This document shows positions 12,190-25,639 of a stretch of 64,000 nucleotides of DNA, in pieces. The notes below the pieces were generated by a model that saw only the letters and a program-made list of their open reading frames with translations, made no database searches and had not been told where the DNA came from. Each line of letters opens with the position of its first letter. Position 1 is the stretch's first letter. A program made the translations under genes and the position numbers. Origin of the DNA: Octopus bimaculoides (lineage: Eukaryota); the NCBI RefSeq assembly GCF_001194135.2, contig NC_068981.1, positions 52,057,266 to 52,121,265 of the forward strand, read 5' to 3'.

Positions 12190-13110
12190 GAGGTATGAAT
12201 TGAAAAGGAGCTCTTCAGTATTGGAAGAGGCATGAAATATTCATTCTGGCCAGGGAAATGAAGCTTTAAGTGTCCAGACTTGCTATTGATGGTCTGAGCA
12301 GTTTCGCTCAGAAAACTTTTTTCATGTAGATTCCTCATGCTCTGGACAGCCAAATTCCGTCAATATTGAGCTCCTGAAAACTGTGGTTGAGGAAGATATA
12401 AAGCAAACTGCACGAGAATTAACAAAACAATTCAACTCATCACACTTCGGTCATAAATTAAATCCATGAGCAAGGAAAAGTATCTAAACTTTTGTCAGTG
12501 GGTCCTAGTTGTTTGAGTGCTTCGCGGCTTAACCAAAGAGTTCTCCTTTGCTTGTCATTGAAAATAGACTTGTTACCGAACCTTTCCTGGATAGAATCAT
12601 CACGATTGATTAACATCGGGTTCTCTATAATCATATTCAACGCAAAACGACAATGGTTAGTACAGCAATGAAAAAGAATAAAATCCATCGCCAAACCAGG
12701 ACTACATCTGAACGGTAAACCTAAACGAAACAGTAAACGCAATTTACAAAATTGAAAGCATTGCACAAAAATTTGCAGATAAAGCATCTGTTATTAGTCA
12801 ATCGTAAAGGCTTGTTTCTCTTATAAGACAGCATGTTTCTCAAGTAACTCGGGAAAAGATTATGGCACTAAATATGGAAGTGTTTCACCTTCCTCCTTAC
12901 TCTCCTAACTTTATTCCATCTTATCATCTTTACAGATCATAGCAACATTATTTAGGTGGAGAACAGTTTACTAGTTGTAAAGAGTTTGAAAATAATATTG
13001 GTAGTTTCTTAGCAACGAAAAGTGAAACATTTTACGCCTGAGGGATCAACAATTTACCAGATGGATGGGATTATGCTCTCAATATTGAGGGAGAATATTA
13101 TCTTGATTTA
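12190..13110 (+). mobile_element. Mariner transposase relic
   Basis: HTH region ELKRS..ALSVQTCY.W..FRS..SGQP..LLKTVVEED..TARELTKQ; EPFLDRIITID; LPPYSPNFIPSYHLYRS (YSPDLAP-like); GINNLPDGW..EGEY; many stops and deletions. Confidence 0.85.
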
Positions 13111-13846
13111 ATGTACCGATTAAGACCAAGGAAGCATTTGCTTCTTTCTCGTCTTGAAATGCAACAGGACTCTCTTACCAACGTCATACGTTACTCCATT
13201 CTGTCAAGGGTGTAACTAGTGACTCGACGTGATCGGTCGTCCTATCAACTACTAGAGCGAAACCTTATCACCTCTCCGAAAAATCAAATATCTTCCTTTT
13301 ATATATGTTTTGATATTTTTGTTCTGATTTATTACTTTTCACTCGCCAACGCCTACTTCTTTAAGCTATTCCCCGTTACTGCTCCTCTCATTCTCTTTAT
13401 CTCATTTGATTTTTGCTTTGTTCTTTGCTGTTTTTGTTTGTTTTTGTTGGAGCTTTTTTTTCTAATTACTTAGAGACCAATCTGAAAATGAAGGAATAGT
13501 TTTAATATGATAGTAACAGTATGAAATTGGTTGTATATAGTAGCTGACACAACCCGAGTTAAAATCCGGTTCAAAAAACCTTTCATTATCCCTTAGAGAC
13601 CACGATGCATAAATTAATATAATAAAGCTGTTTTGTTCTTTAGCAGAGTTAATGGAAAGGAGAAATGATGACACATAAACATACGCACATATATAAACAG
13701 ATCTGTGTGTATATGTGAGTGTATACTTCATTATGAAACTCTTATATGAATGTGCATATGTGTTTATGCATATATATATATATAATATATATTAATATAT
13801 ACCGTGGGTATATGAATGTATTGACACACACATATATATGCATGTA

Positions 13847-13913
<67 letters not shown>

Positions 13914-14447
13914 NNNNNNNNNNNNNNNNNNNNNNNNNNNNNNNNNNNNNNNNNNNNNNNNNNNNNNNNNNNNNNNNNNNNNNNNNNNNNNNNNNNNNNN
14001 NNNNNNNNNNNNNNNNNNNNNNNNNNNNNNNNNNNNNNNNNNNNNNNNNNNNNNNNNNNNNNNNNNNNNNNNNNNNNNNNNNNNNNNNNNNNNNNNNNNN
14101 NNNNNNNNNNNNNNNNNNNNNNNNNNNNNNNNNNNNNNNNNNNNNNNNNNNNNNNNNNNNNNNNNNNNNNNNNNNNNNNNNNNNNNNNNNNNNNNNNNNN
14201 NNNNNNNNNNNNNNNNNNNNNNNNNNNNNNNNNNNNNNNNNNNNNNNNNNNNNNNNNNNNNNNNNNNNNNNNNNNNNNNNNNNNNNNNNNNNNNNNNNNN
14301 NNNNNNNNNNNNNNNNNNNNNNNNNNNNNNNNNNNNNNNNNNNNNNNNNNNNNNNNNNNNNNNNNNNNNNNNNNNNNNNNNNNNNNNNNNNNNNNNNNNN
14401 NNNNNNNNNNNNNNNNNNNNNNNNNNNNNNNNNNNNNNNNNNNNNNN

Positions 14448-14484
<37 letters not shown>

Positions 14485-14699
14485 TATATACTTCATTATG
14501 AACTTCTATTACTCTACTTATGCTTTTATAATATATACATATAAATACACATACATATACATGTATATAGTATACATTATATTCGTGTATATATACACAT
14601 ACAAGTATATATACATACGTGTATACATATATAAATGTACTTGTGTGTGTGTATATAGATAGATATGTATATGTATAAATACAGAGTATGAGAGTAAGT

Positions 14700-14925
14700 A
14701 GAGTGAGTGAGTGAGTGAGTGAGTGAGTGAATGAGTGAGTCAGTCAGTCAGTCAGTCAGCAGTCAATCAGTCAGTCAGCAGTCAATCAGTCAGTCAGCAG
14801 TCAATCAGTCAGTCAGTCAGCAGTCAATCAGTCAGTCAGTCAGCAGTCAATCAGTCAGTCAGTCAATCAGCAGTCAATCAGTCAGTCAGTCAGTCAGCAG
14901 TCAATCAGTCAGTCAGTCAGTGTGT
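14700..14925. repeat. (GAGT)n grading into (CAGT)n with recurrent CAGCAGTCAAT interruptions
   Basis: Directly visible. Confidence 0.9.
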
Positions 14926-15699
14926 GAGTGAGAAGTACTTTCGTATTGAAGCTATAATTTTTGGGGAAACTGAGAATGTCAATTTGTAGCGCTAATTGGT
15001 AATGTCCTTCCTCAAAAGCATAAGTCGAGTTATAAAAGTAGGTTATTCTGTGAATCAAAATTATGTATTTGTTGGTGTTATACGATGCTTTCATATCGTT
15101 TTTTTTTATTTTTAGATTAGGAGATTAGGACTGCTGTAAAAATGCCATTATCCATTATTGTTGAAGAAATTTTTGAAGAGAATTTCTTTTTGTACCTACG
15201 TTTGTATATCAAGGATGTAGTAATTTTCTTTTGCCAATACACATCACATTTCCAAACTGCATAGCTGGAAGAATTTGAACATAAGAGTTTAAATCAAAGT
15301 AACAATTATATATGATTATTATTATGTCTTACTGCATATTTACAGCTAGATGGACATCGCCAATGTGATTTTTGTTTTGTGCAATTGACATAGTGACATT
15401 AAATTGGCATGATTCAAAATACAAATAGATTGATGTACTCGCTCAGAATGAGAAAAGGCTACGATGAGTGCTACTTATTTTACAGTAAATGTGAAGAGGA
15501 AGCTGACAAAAAAAACATCGAAGGAGGGAAGCAGACCAACGAGGAGAACTTTTGTACCAAGCTGCTCTCATGTTCTCATGTGTTTGATGCTAATGTTTTT
15601 CTCAGTAAAGAAAAACAATCTTAAACAGGCATTTTAAAACACATAGATACATTCAGCGGAATAAAGTTCTTCAGGTCAAGAAATGCCTATGACGATGAT

Positions 15700-15756
15700 A
15701 ATTATATATTTTCCTGAAAATTACATCTTCAGTACAAATATATAGTACTACACACA

Positions 15757-15795
<39 letters not shown>

Positions 15796-15920
15796 NNNNN
15801 NNNNNATATATAACACATAACTGATGTGTGTGTGTGTGTGTGTGTGTGTGTTTGTGTGTTGTGTGTGTGTAGCACTATATTTTTATACTAAAGATGCAAT
15901 TTTCAGGAAAATATATAATT
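15700..15920. repeat. Foldback: 51-bp unique arms plus (CA)n/(TG)n around a 10-N gap
   Basis: 15700-15750 versus the reverse complement of 15870-15920 shows 5 mismatches. Confidence 0.85.
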
Positions 15921-16994
15921 GCAATTTCTGGCGTTATACATAAATGTCGTTTTTAAAAGCATAAGTAGAATAATAGAAGTTATTCTGAGAATCAAAATTA
16001 TATACTGTGTTGAGGTCAGACAAGACCTTTGTTATTAGATTTTTTTTTGAGGATATTGGAGTTATGTAGACATCCCCAACCCACTAGCTTCTAGGTGAAA
16101 CTCTTGAAGGTCATTTCATACGAATTGTACACCTAAGACAATTTATTTTTGCCAGAACCCATTATCTCTCTAGGTTTCAATTATTGTATCATAACAGTCT
16201 AAATAAAATAGTATTTGCTTGCTATACAGTGTTCTAACGTCCTGGTACATATTTACGGTTAGATGGGCAATATCAGCGTGGTTTAATGTGCAGTTCAGAC
16301 TTGGTGACACTCTGGTGACAAAATACAAAGCACCAATCTTGGTCATCTAGGCCAAATGCTCCATTTGAAATTCTACAGAATAATTCTGGGAGAATTATTC
16401 TGATTTTTTTCCCCTTTTTCAAGTACATTGAAAACAAAAATGAAACAACCCCTATTGCGAATTGAGATCAAAATGCTAATGCAATTCAACGAGAGTTAAG
16501 CTAATTTCTATGACGCTAACAACCAATGTTCACTTATTAAAACTATGTAATTTCTACATCATGGAAGGACATTAATAGCCATTTAAGACGTACGGGTTGG
16601 CTTTACTGTGTGATAATACACATCAAGTAGCGAGCATTTTTTCGCACAATTTGTGACAAAATTACATTGCATCTTAGGAGTCGAGTTGGCTGAAACAGCA
16701 AAGCACGGGATAGAATTTATCCTCTTCTTTTCTAAGATCTCAAGGATCAGTATAATAATATTATTCATATACAGATAGGTTTTCAAATACTTTTTACCGG
16801 AAAACATGGATTAGTTGGTAGTCCAAAGAGACCATTATGTAAGAATTCGCTCCCATGCATTGCCTATACGGAGCATACCGAAAAGTTACCACAGTGAAGG
16901 TGTTTCTGTGTTTGGCTGTACTCAGGCGTGTTAAAGATAAATGTACTCAACTGTATTCTAATCGTCGCTGTTCAGTGCGCCTTTAATTGAAAAA

Positions 16995-17200
16995 TTATTT
17001 ACTAGTTTGAACCATTGAACCCTTTAAGAAGTACCGCCTTCAGCGGTTTAGTCGATCAAATCCATCCTAATATTCAATTTAAACAGGCTACTTACTCTAT
17101 GGGAATATCTTTGCACAATCGCTAAGTTACGAAGACGTAAACAAACCAATATCTCCGGTTGTTAAGGTTAGAGACAAAAACACACTCATAAACGTATATA
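16995..17200 (-). mobile_element. SINE family 2, degenerate 3' part
   Basis: Similar to 48430-48640 (gctaagttacg..gacgtaaac, ggttgt). Confidence 0.55.
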
Positions 17201-17417
17201 ATTACAGGTATGTATGTACACAACATGCTTTTACATAGTTTCAATTTACCAAATTCACAAACGATACATTGGACGACCCCGGACTATAGTAAAAAACACT
17301 TGTCAGAGATCTTGTGTATGTATATATATATATATATATATATATNNNNNNNNNNNNNNNNNNNNNNNNNNNNNNNNNNNNNNNNNNNNNNNNNNNNNNN
17401 NNNNNNNNNNNNNNNNN

Positions 17418-17475
<58 letters not shown>

Positions 17476-17479
17476 AACA

Positions 17480-19600
17480 AAATTAAAGGATACAATCATT
17501 AAAATTGATGAATTTTACCAGTGGCCAGCATATAAAAATAGCGTTATAGGTAAAATTCATATACATATATAGGTAAAATTCATATAAAATTCATATATAG
17601 AAATATAGAATACAATTATGATTAAGGACACAAAAGCTACCATGCCTATATACTAGAAAGCGACACTAAATACGTCCAACCACAATAATTTTTCACTTTA
17701 GTATACACAGGTTGAAAGCGGGAAAAGTGAACCGGCCAAAAATTCCTAAAATAATTCAGATAGTTCTAGATAAATAATATATATATATACCTTAATTGCT
17801 GCTATAACGAGATTCACAAAGACATGAACAACTATTCTTACCCTTACAGCTGAGAACAGAATAATTGTTTCCAATAGTATAGGCATTACAAAAGGAATAT
17901 TCCAGGGAGATAGACTTTCTCTCCTTCTTTTCATTTTGGCACTGAATCCATTACCGTTCCTACTGCAGAAAACAAATGGTTACATGCTAGGATCTTCGGC
18001 TGCTAGAAATATCAATGTAACTCATAATTTCTTTGTAGACGCCTGAAGATTTATACTAAAAGTATTAATAACACCAAAAAAACAAGTGGAATTAATAACA
18101 TTTTCAGCTGATATAGGCATGGAATTTGGTCAAAAGTAATGTTTATATTTGGTTATAGAACGAGGAAATTCAGTTCCCCAAACCCGAAACCTGTGCATCA
18201 ACGGTCTCTCTATCTTCTCCATTCAACACAAAGAATTTTACAAGTACCTAGGCATAGACGAAAATGTGTCATATGCAGACACTGTGAATAAAGGTAGAGA
18301 ATACAACAAAACATATCCCACAATGCATTTGCAGTACCAGTGCTGATCCGAACATTTGGGATACTTCATTGGCTTGTAAAAGAAATCCACTCCATAGATA
18401 TCAAAACCCGCAAAATCCTGAAAACTGGAAACTTCCACAGAAACAGTGATGTTGACAGGCTCTTACTAAGAAATGAAGGTGGTGGAGGCCTGAGATCAGT
18501 GCAGACGGCTTTCGAATGTCGTATGGTATCACTCAGGCAGCACCTGCTAAACAACAACAGCAAAACTAAATATATTAATGCAGTCCTAAAAAGTGAAGCG
18601 ATTAACATTGTATGAGTTGACCCTCAAGAAACACTATCTTCCTGATAATTTCCTATACAGCTTCAAAACAACTGGGCTCTCTTACCTCAGAGAGGACCTG
18701 GGTGGAAAGTACTCAGCATACAAAAAAAGACCATGCATGTATGTGGCCCGGAAGCTTGAAGAACTCAGTAGAATTGACACAAATCGCAGCCTCTCTTGGA
18801 CACAAGACAACTGCATCACATCATACTTTTAAGGCTATGCGTTTGCAATCCACGAACATGAGATTGCCACAAAGTACCGGTTGAACAAGAGAGACAGTGA
18901 CGATCTTGTAAGCCCAAGGTTCAACCGCATATTTAGGCTACATCATGTTTCTGTGGAAGACATTACGCATGTCATTAGCATCTGTCCTAAAATGTTGTCA
19001 CGGTACTACCTTCCTATGTGGCACAATGTTGTTGCTAAAACAATCTACAATGCCATCCGCAAAGAAGACTGTCCTGAAATAAACTTAGAAAATCCTTCTG
19101 CTATGGAATACATTCATAAACACCAACTCAAGATATACTGGGTGGAATATTCCCATCAAAACTTCTGTCAAATGTAAGCACAACAGACCGGATATTGTTG
19201 TTTGGGGCAGAGGGGGCAAAGGTATGTACCATCATAGAGGTTAGCTGTCCTGCAGATATAAATATCTCTTTGAAAGTCAAAGAAAAAGAGGATATGTATG
19301 GACAACTCCAGTCTCTATATCCAGACTATGAATTCATATTTATACCAATATTAATTGGAGCACTAGGTTTTGTTAGCAAATGCTTAAAAGAGAATCTGTA
19401 TAAACCGGGATATTCAGAAAGAGAAATTGGCCAGCTGATTCGTACGTTACATGTCCAATCTGTGAGTGGAACAATAAAAATATGCAAGACTTTTCTCAAG
19501 TTCCAAATGTGAATTTGTCTGTGTTAACTACATCCCAAAGATTGAGCCTTGTATCTTTGTTGGAAACCGGCTCCCTCCTCAATGGAAGATTTCTAATAAT
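17480..19600 (+). mobile_element. RLE-type non-LTR retrotransposon family B, from RT to 3' end, frameshifted
   Basis: KGIFQGDRLS, THNFFVD, YKYLGIDE, DVDRLL.R.EGGGGL, GYAFAIHEHEI, zinc-knuckle-like RLHHVSVEDITHVISICPK, HNRPDIV..IIEVSCPAD..IGALG..ICKTFL. Confidence 0.9.
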
Positions 19601-19620
19601 TAAAAAATATAAGAGATATA

Positions 19621-19686
19621 CACATACATATGCATGCATGCATACATACATACATACATACATACATACATACATACATACATACA
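19621..19686. repeat. (CATA)n tail of the family B LINE
   Basis: Directly visible about 110 bp after the stop codon. Confidence 0.9.
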
Positions 19687-20295
19687 TGGAAATTAACTCG
19701 CGACCGAGTAAGCCCACTTCCTAAACACAGTAAGTCCATGTAAACGTACTAAGAATGAAAAAAGTTCCTGTGTGTGAATTTGTTTTGAGGGGTAAAGTGT
19801 TTCACAGCACTGAACCTACTTTCAGCGCAATCAGCTATAAAATTAGTGGCACAATAAAGGTTGAGACGACCCGAAACCAACTGAACTTCAGGTGTTTTAT
19901 ACGAGTTTACCTTCTGCTAGAAGGAAGAACTAATGAGAACCACGGCCCTTCTCTCCTAGTGATTCACATGCTAATTAACCCATAAATGGGCCCTAACAGG
20001 TACTATTACTATTATTATTACTCCGAGTCAGAGTATACCTGTGAACAATAGTGGCTAAAACGTGATTCCACACTCCTCATAACTCTAGAGCTCCTGTACT
20101 AGAGCCCCACTACTGGATGCAGTTTAAAGCCATACCCATGGCATACATACAGAACTGGTTATTCGAAGCATATTCATTGACGTAATTTTTAGTCTAATAC
20201 GTTAGTTTACTTGAATGAATCTACTACTAAATGATAGCTAAAATGACAACGTCAGCACTACAGTAAAACATTGAAAATGTAACCAAACCGGCAAC

Positions 20296-20338
20296 ATGAG
20301 CACTGTCGAAGAAGAATCGAATCGAAACATCGAAAAAG
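20296..20338 (+). CDS. Candidate first coding exon, MSTVEEESNRNIEK(G), phase-1 donor
   Basis: gcaacATGa start context and a strong AAG|GTAAGA donor in non-repetitive sequence; no partner exon identified. Confidence 0.35.
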
Positions 20339-21229
20339 GTAAGAAAATATTTTTAGTTATAGTTATTGGAAGAATTGTAATAATAGAGACCATTTTTCGT
20401 GGCGTTATGATCATCTAGTCGTGTTATGTTTAACTTTGAATTATTAATAAGAGACAGAATTATCTTCAACAATGTTTATAACATTAAACATTTTTATTTG
20501 CATAATTCACAATTTGTTATATCCATGTTATGTGAATGAATCAAGAAATGATGAAAGTGTTAAAAGATGAGAGCTGAAATATCTCATAAATTTAGGCCGT
20601 AGTTTCCAGTTAGAACAGGAATATTCTCTTAGACAGAAATGTGACGTGTAAGAATTATCTTATTAAACCTGGTCTAAAAGCAGTCTCCGACCAGAATAAG
20701 GTTTCTTGTTGGAAGCTGAACTCCTGGATTTTTATATGCCTGATAATAGATTCTTGAATTTTCCATGAGCCTTTTAGATTCTAAAATTAAACTTTTCTTT
20801 TTGTTTGTCAACATCTTTCAAAAACTGACGTCAAAGATAATAGACTGGAGAAAATGTCAGTGGATTTTATAGTAGAATTCAGGAATAGCCAAAATAACTC
20901 TGGTTACTATTACAAAATATAGTGTTATTAATCATTAGCGGTTTTCATAGTCGAACTTAAACATTCGTGGTTCGAATTCAAAGAAGGCAATATACTACAA
21001 CATATTTAATTGTTATAAATTGGTAAAAGAAGATCCCTCAATAGGCTACATAAGAAAAGTGAAATCATACTGAGTTTAACTTCATCCAGAACTAAATCTT
21101 TTTACGGCGTAATAATTATGTCAACAAGTTACATTTGCGGAGCGCAAAAGAATAATCGATTATGGTAATATTGTTCTTAAACAATTACATGCACAATTAA
21201 TACCGAGTGGGCATTGTCCTAAATCAGAT

Positions 21230-22420
21230 ATGACCACAGCAACAACAGAATCTATTACAACTACTATGCTCCATAGCAACCAAACTGACCGCTCTTTTCC
21301 GGCACGTACCACGCTGACTGCCAACGCTCAGTCAGCGAATCTACCAACAACAGGGACAATAAAAACTATATCACTAGTTAGCAGAGAGAAGAATATAAAC
21401 ATTTGAAGGATACTTTCGGTGAAATCTTTCAAGAGAAGATTAATCTATTTTTTAAACTAGCCGTTGAGAAAAGACAGCATCTAACAAGTTGAATTAAGAA
21501 ATAAACCACAATAGCTAGCTCTAACGACGATTAACGAAATCACAGAAGAATATTTAAAGACCCCCTCATTTTGACAAATTAACTCTTGTTTACATACTCT
21601 CTCAATGACTGAACAACACCACCTTGGAGATACAGAAGAATTAAATTAAAGCAAGACGATAAAAAAAGTGGATTTTGTAAATGAAAAAAAGGATCGTCAA
21701 TCTGAAGCGAATTATCAATCATGTGGCATTTTTATCGTATGCAAACAGACATATAAATACACTTCCCACCAACCTAGAATGAAAATACTATAGAGAAATT
21801 GTTTGGAGATAGTAAAAAGAGATCATTGGAATACATATTAATTACTCTGAAACAGGAACTGAAACCATGCGTTTACATCCGATAACATGATGAGAGTTGG
21901 AAAGGGGTTTTTTTAGAAAGTATTCGCTAACTGATGGCCTAGAATATACTCCCAGAGAAGTTGCACAACATTAATGCAACCAGTCACCAGAAGAGAGGCT
22001 GCATACATACCAGTAAAACGTCATTCTTGGCTATATTCCCAGAGGGTTTCAAAGTGACAAAAACATTGACAACCGGAGTCGTCAAACCTAGACTAGCGAC
22101 CGAGGAATTAGCTCTCACTTTGAAGAATATACGTTTATCTACATCCCTGTTCATCGCAAAATGAATAGGGATGCAGATAAGCCAGCTAACTGCAACAACC
22201 AATGTAGTCTTTATGGAATTGACATTGAAGGTGTCATAAGTTGCTTCCCGAAGATGTCATCACAATTTTATGCACCTATGATACTTGATGCCGTGAGCAG
22301 AACACTATATAAGAAATCTATAGAAATGAGAAGACAAATACACAAAGCTACAGTGATGTTGAGGGTATAATCATACAATATAAATGAATATTGGGAAGTC
22401 TTTATTTATTTCAAAATTTG
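21230..22420 (+). mobile_element. Old, internally deleted family B RLE LINE relic
   Basis: NKP..ALTTINEITEEYL..F.QIN aligns with the family B N-terminus at 40044; VISCFPKMSSQFYAPM..DAVSRTLYK aligns with the zinc-knuckle region. Confidence 0.6.
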
Positions 22421-23106
22421 CAATATTTCAGGAGTGTAAACTTTCAATATTTGTAGCTATTTAGCTTCCGGTTAACCCTGATTGAGGAACCTTATGCTAA
22501 AGCACGTTCCGTCTATGATCATCACGTCTTTTAATACATGTAGAAATAATTTGTCTAATGAATTTATCCTTCCTTCAAGATTTTGGAGTGTGATTTGGGA
22601 AAAGTTGACTGCTCTTTCTTCCACGTCAAGCAACTATGCAGAGGCTCCTTCGTTGATTGATTTGTTTTAGATATTACTTTCTCATTTTCTTTTATTCTCT
22701 TCCTGATTTCAATCCTAGCCCACGTATTGCTACGGTTCTATCTTCAAACGTTCTAATCGAGCATAGAGACTTTAAATATTTATTTCAGTTTACTCCTTTC
22801 ATTTTATCGATGACTATTTTATCGAATCATTGAGCTATGGACACAATGGAAACACTCTGGTTTACACCAGTAAACATGAACACCGACACAAACAAAGACA
22901 CACATAGTTATACTCAGCTCGAGCGTATGATAAAACACACTTGATCTTGTACCGTTCGATTGGATCGACCTGCAACAACTTGGAAGCAAGGTAAACTTCT
23001 AACCCATACAGGCACACCGGCTAGCGGTATTTGTTGTTCCATCCAGTACATAATTGAGCCTAACAATTGTTTATTTGAAACCACATCCCTAAGAGCTGAC
23101 GTGAAA

Positions 23107-23327
23107 TACGACGGGGTGCTGAAAAGTTCCTGGCTTTAAAGGTATTGCGAAAGGCCTGGTTGGAGGCCCAACTTTCCGAGTTCTTTTACAGAGCTTAGAA
23201 AAGCTGAAGGATTGCTGCGATAAAAGTGCAAATCTGAGAGGGGAATATGTTGAATAAAATCCTAATTAACTGATCCTCTTGTATTTTCTTTTACCCAAAG
23301 CTAGCAACTTTTCCGCACTCCCTGGTA
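23107..23327 (+). mobile_element. Mariner-derived MITE or deletion derivative
   Basis: TA-bounded imperfect TIRs of about 31 bp (tacgacggggtgctgaaaagttcctggcttt / aaagctagcaacttttccgcactccctggta); the interior resembles a mariner C-terminus (..LRGEYVE). Confidence 0.8.
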
Positions 23328-24089
23328 TATGGATAGTTAGAGCGTTGATCATCACCAGTTCAAAGCGCTATTGTAACATTACTTTCAATCAGTACATTTA
23401 CTTTTGCATTACAAGCTTTTGGGAATTGGTACTCTATCTTCTAGGAACATCACCTGCGGTCTATGTTTCTGTGCTGTGTAATCTATAAATCAACTTTTTC
23501 TTACGCTCCAAATCAGGGTAACCAACTAAATTTAAAATTTTATTCATATGAAATAAATGCTTCGATTTGCCATTCGTCATATGACAGAATACTACACCAA
23601 TCCCATTCACTAGAAAGATAACTAACGAGACTGGCATTGTGCTTACCACTCGTGTCACATATTTCACTCCGTTTATTAACTCAACCGATATATTTTCTGA
23701 GATGGATGGAAAAGAACCACAGCTTAGTAAAATACCTCAGAAATCTCACCGGGACACACACAGAAAAATATTTATTCTATTGACAAAAGAAAATAGCAAT
23801 CTCTCAACAAAATTACTTATTCACGGAGCTATTAATAAATAAGGAAAAGGCAAAAAAGCAAATAAATTCCTGGAAAATGAGACACTAAACAGCATATTAA
23901 TTACGGATATCAAGTGAACTAATATAAAATCCAAGACAAAAACAGTGCACAGGTCTCAACAATGTCATAACATTTTTTTAAATTCTACCGAATTTATTGA
24001 AAAGTTCGTGATTACCTTTGAAGTCAGTTCTTGTTATTGCTAAACCACCCTTTCTCTCTCTTCCGTTCTCTCTTCCTCCCTTTCCCTCT

Positions 24090-24390
24090 CTCTTCTTCCT
24101 TCTCCTTCCAGCACTCACTACAACATACACTTCTTTCACTACCTCTTTTACCACTACTATTGTGACTTGGACTCCTCCGATCTGGCTGGTCAAGTTTCAC
24201 CTCCACTCAGGCCTTATCGACTCACTTGTCTCTCCTTTTCTTATCCCCCACGTTGGATCCAATCCCATTACCCCAAAAGCATTCGCCACACAAGCCTCAA
24301 TCTTCCTCTTAGAATTTTAATCCTCTACAATTCTCTCCTTGCAATTGTCCTCTCTGAAGTTGTGGACTGGAAAATGCTTAAATGAAGCGT
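24090..24390 (+). mobile_element. CR1/Crack-like LINE ORF2 3' end relic
   Basis: LFYHYY..SSDLAGQVSPPLRPYRLT..SH.PK..LYNSL resembles the LFYRY..LWNSLP C-terminal signature. Confidence 0.55.
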
Positions 24391-25639
24391 CAACTGCTTC
24401 AGTCTAACAGCTCTTGTGCAGGACGCTGCAAAGGTCACAGGCACTACTCATTTCTACGTACCTAGCAAATTAAGAAGAAACTAAAACATCTAAATTATGA
24501 ATGAGTACATCGTTTTTCAGATTATTTAAGAGCATGTAGTATGTTTGGTGACAAAACTTTTCTAATACCCACTCACTCATATACTTGCATTTATATGTGT
24601 GAAACAGAGAGTAGGCTGAGTAATTCTGCGACAGTCTTCAGATAGCAGAATTACTTGCTAGCCATAATGTTGTTCAAACAAAGAATCTTTAAATTTCGTT
24701 CAAAATTTCAACTTGGTCGTTTACTTCGTATACGCTCCAAGTATTTCAAGCATCAAAAATTATAAATAGGAATTATAGGGGTAAAAGATTAGGACGCCTT
24801 TCAGCTAATTGATACGCTTGTTACTTTTAATGCAGCTGGAAATGCTAACATAGTCAAGTCTGATAACTTTACCACACTTCCCACCTTCAGTTACCGCCCA
24901 TGAGTATTTTACGAATGAATATTGCATTTACGAAGTTTTAATTTACTGTTATAGCACTGTCGTTAAAGCAGGATTCATCCCTATATGGTAATATACAAGT
25001 ATTGATGCATTTGTTAGTTCTTTTCTTTGATTTACTAACAGAAATATGTCTCTTACTCTTTTATATTAGTATTGTACCTGAAATTATTCCGTTACTTTAT
25101 TTAGATTGTTCAGTTCGCTACAGCTTTGTGATATATTTAGATCTCCATAGTCTTCTAATACTGTTTCTGAAAATTAAATTTTTCCCAACTAGCTTATTTC
25201 TGTCTTAGTTCATCCTTTGTTCACATCATTAACTTTGTCTTTCATTGGGCTTAAAATAGCTCATATTACAAATCATTTCTTTTTACTTAAATGCCATGTG
25301 GCAATTTATTAATATGCGATACAGGCTAGCTTCATTGATTTCAATAGCAAAATTCACATTCTCCAATACGGATTTGTTTAACCAGGCGTAAGTCCTCATA
25401 TTTATAAAATAGACTAAATAGGATGATATCTTCGTGTCTTTCCCAAAGAAATTAGCTATAAAGAGGAAGTAAAATAGATTCAATCAAGGTTCGAAATTTG
25501 ATCGTAGACTTTGTCCGCTAGAAACGTGTCTTTTAAGCAAAGGTTACACATTCCTTGAAGAGATAGATGAAATTTCTTTGACATCGTTCCTTTCTGAGAG
25601 AAAATAAAAGTATAAGTAAAGTAAACTAGCTACAACCAG

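Noticed and set aside
22918-22991. Open phase-1 frame ending in AAG|GTAAAC as a partner for the 20.3-kb exon
   Set aside because: Poor acceptor, and the sequence resembles the dispersed repeat at 46040-46110.
25283-25460. Minus-strand acceptor followed by a 57-codon frame
   Set aside because: No recognisable protein features or donor; compatible with chance in AT-rich DNA.
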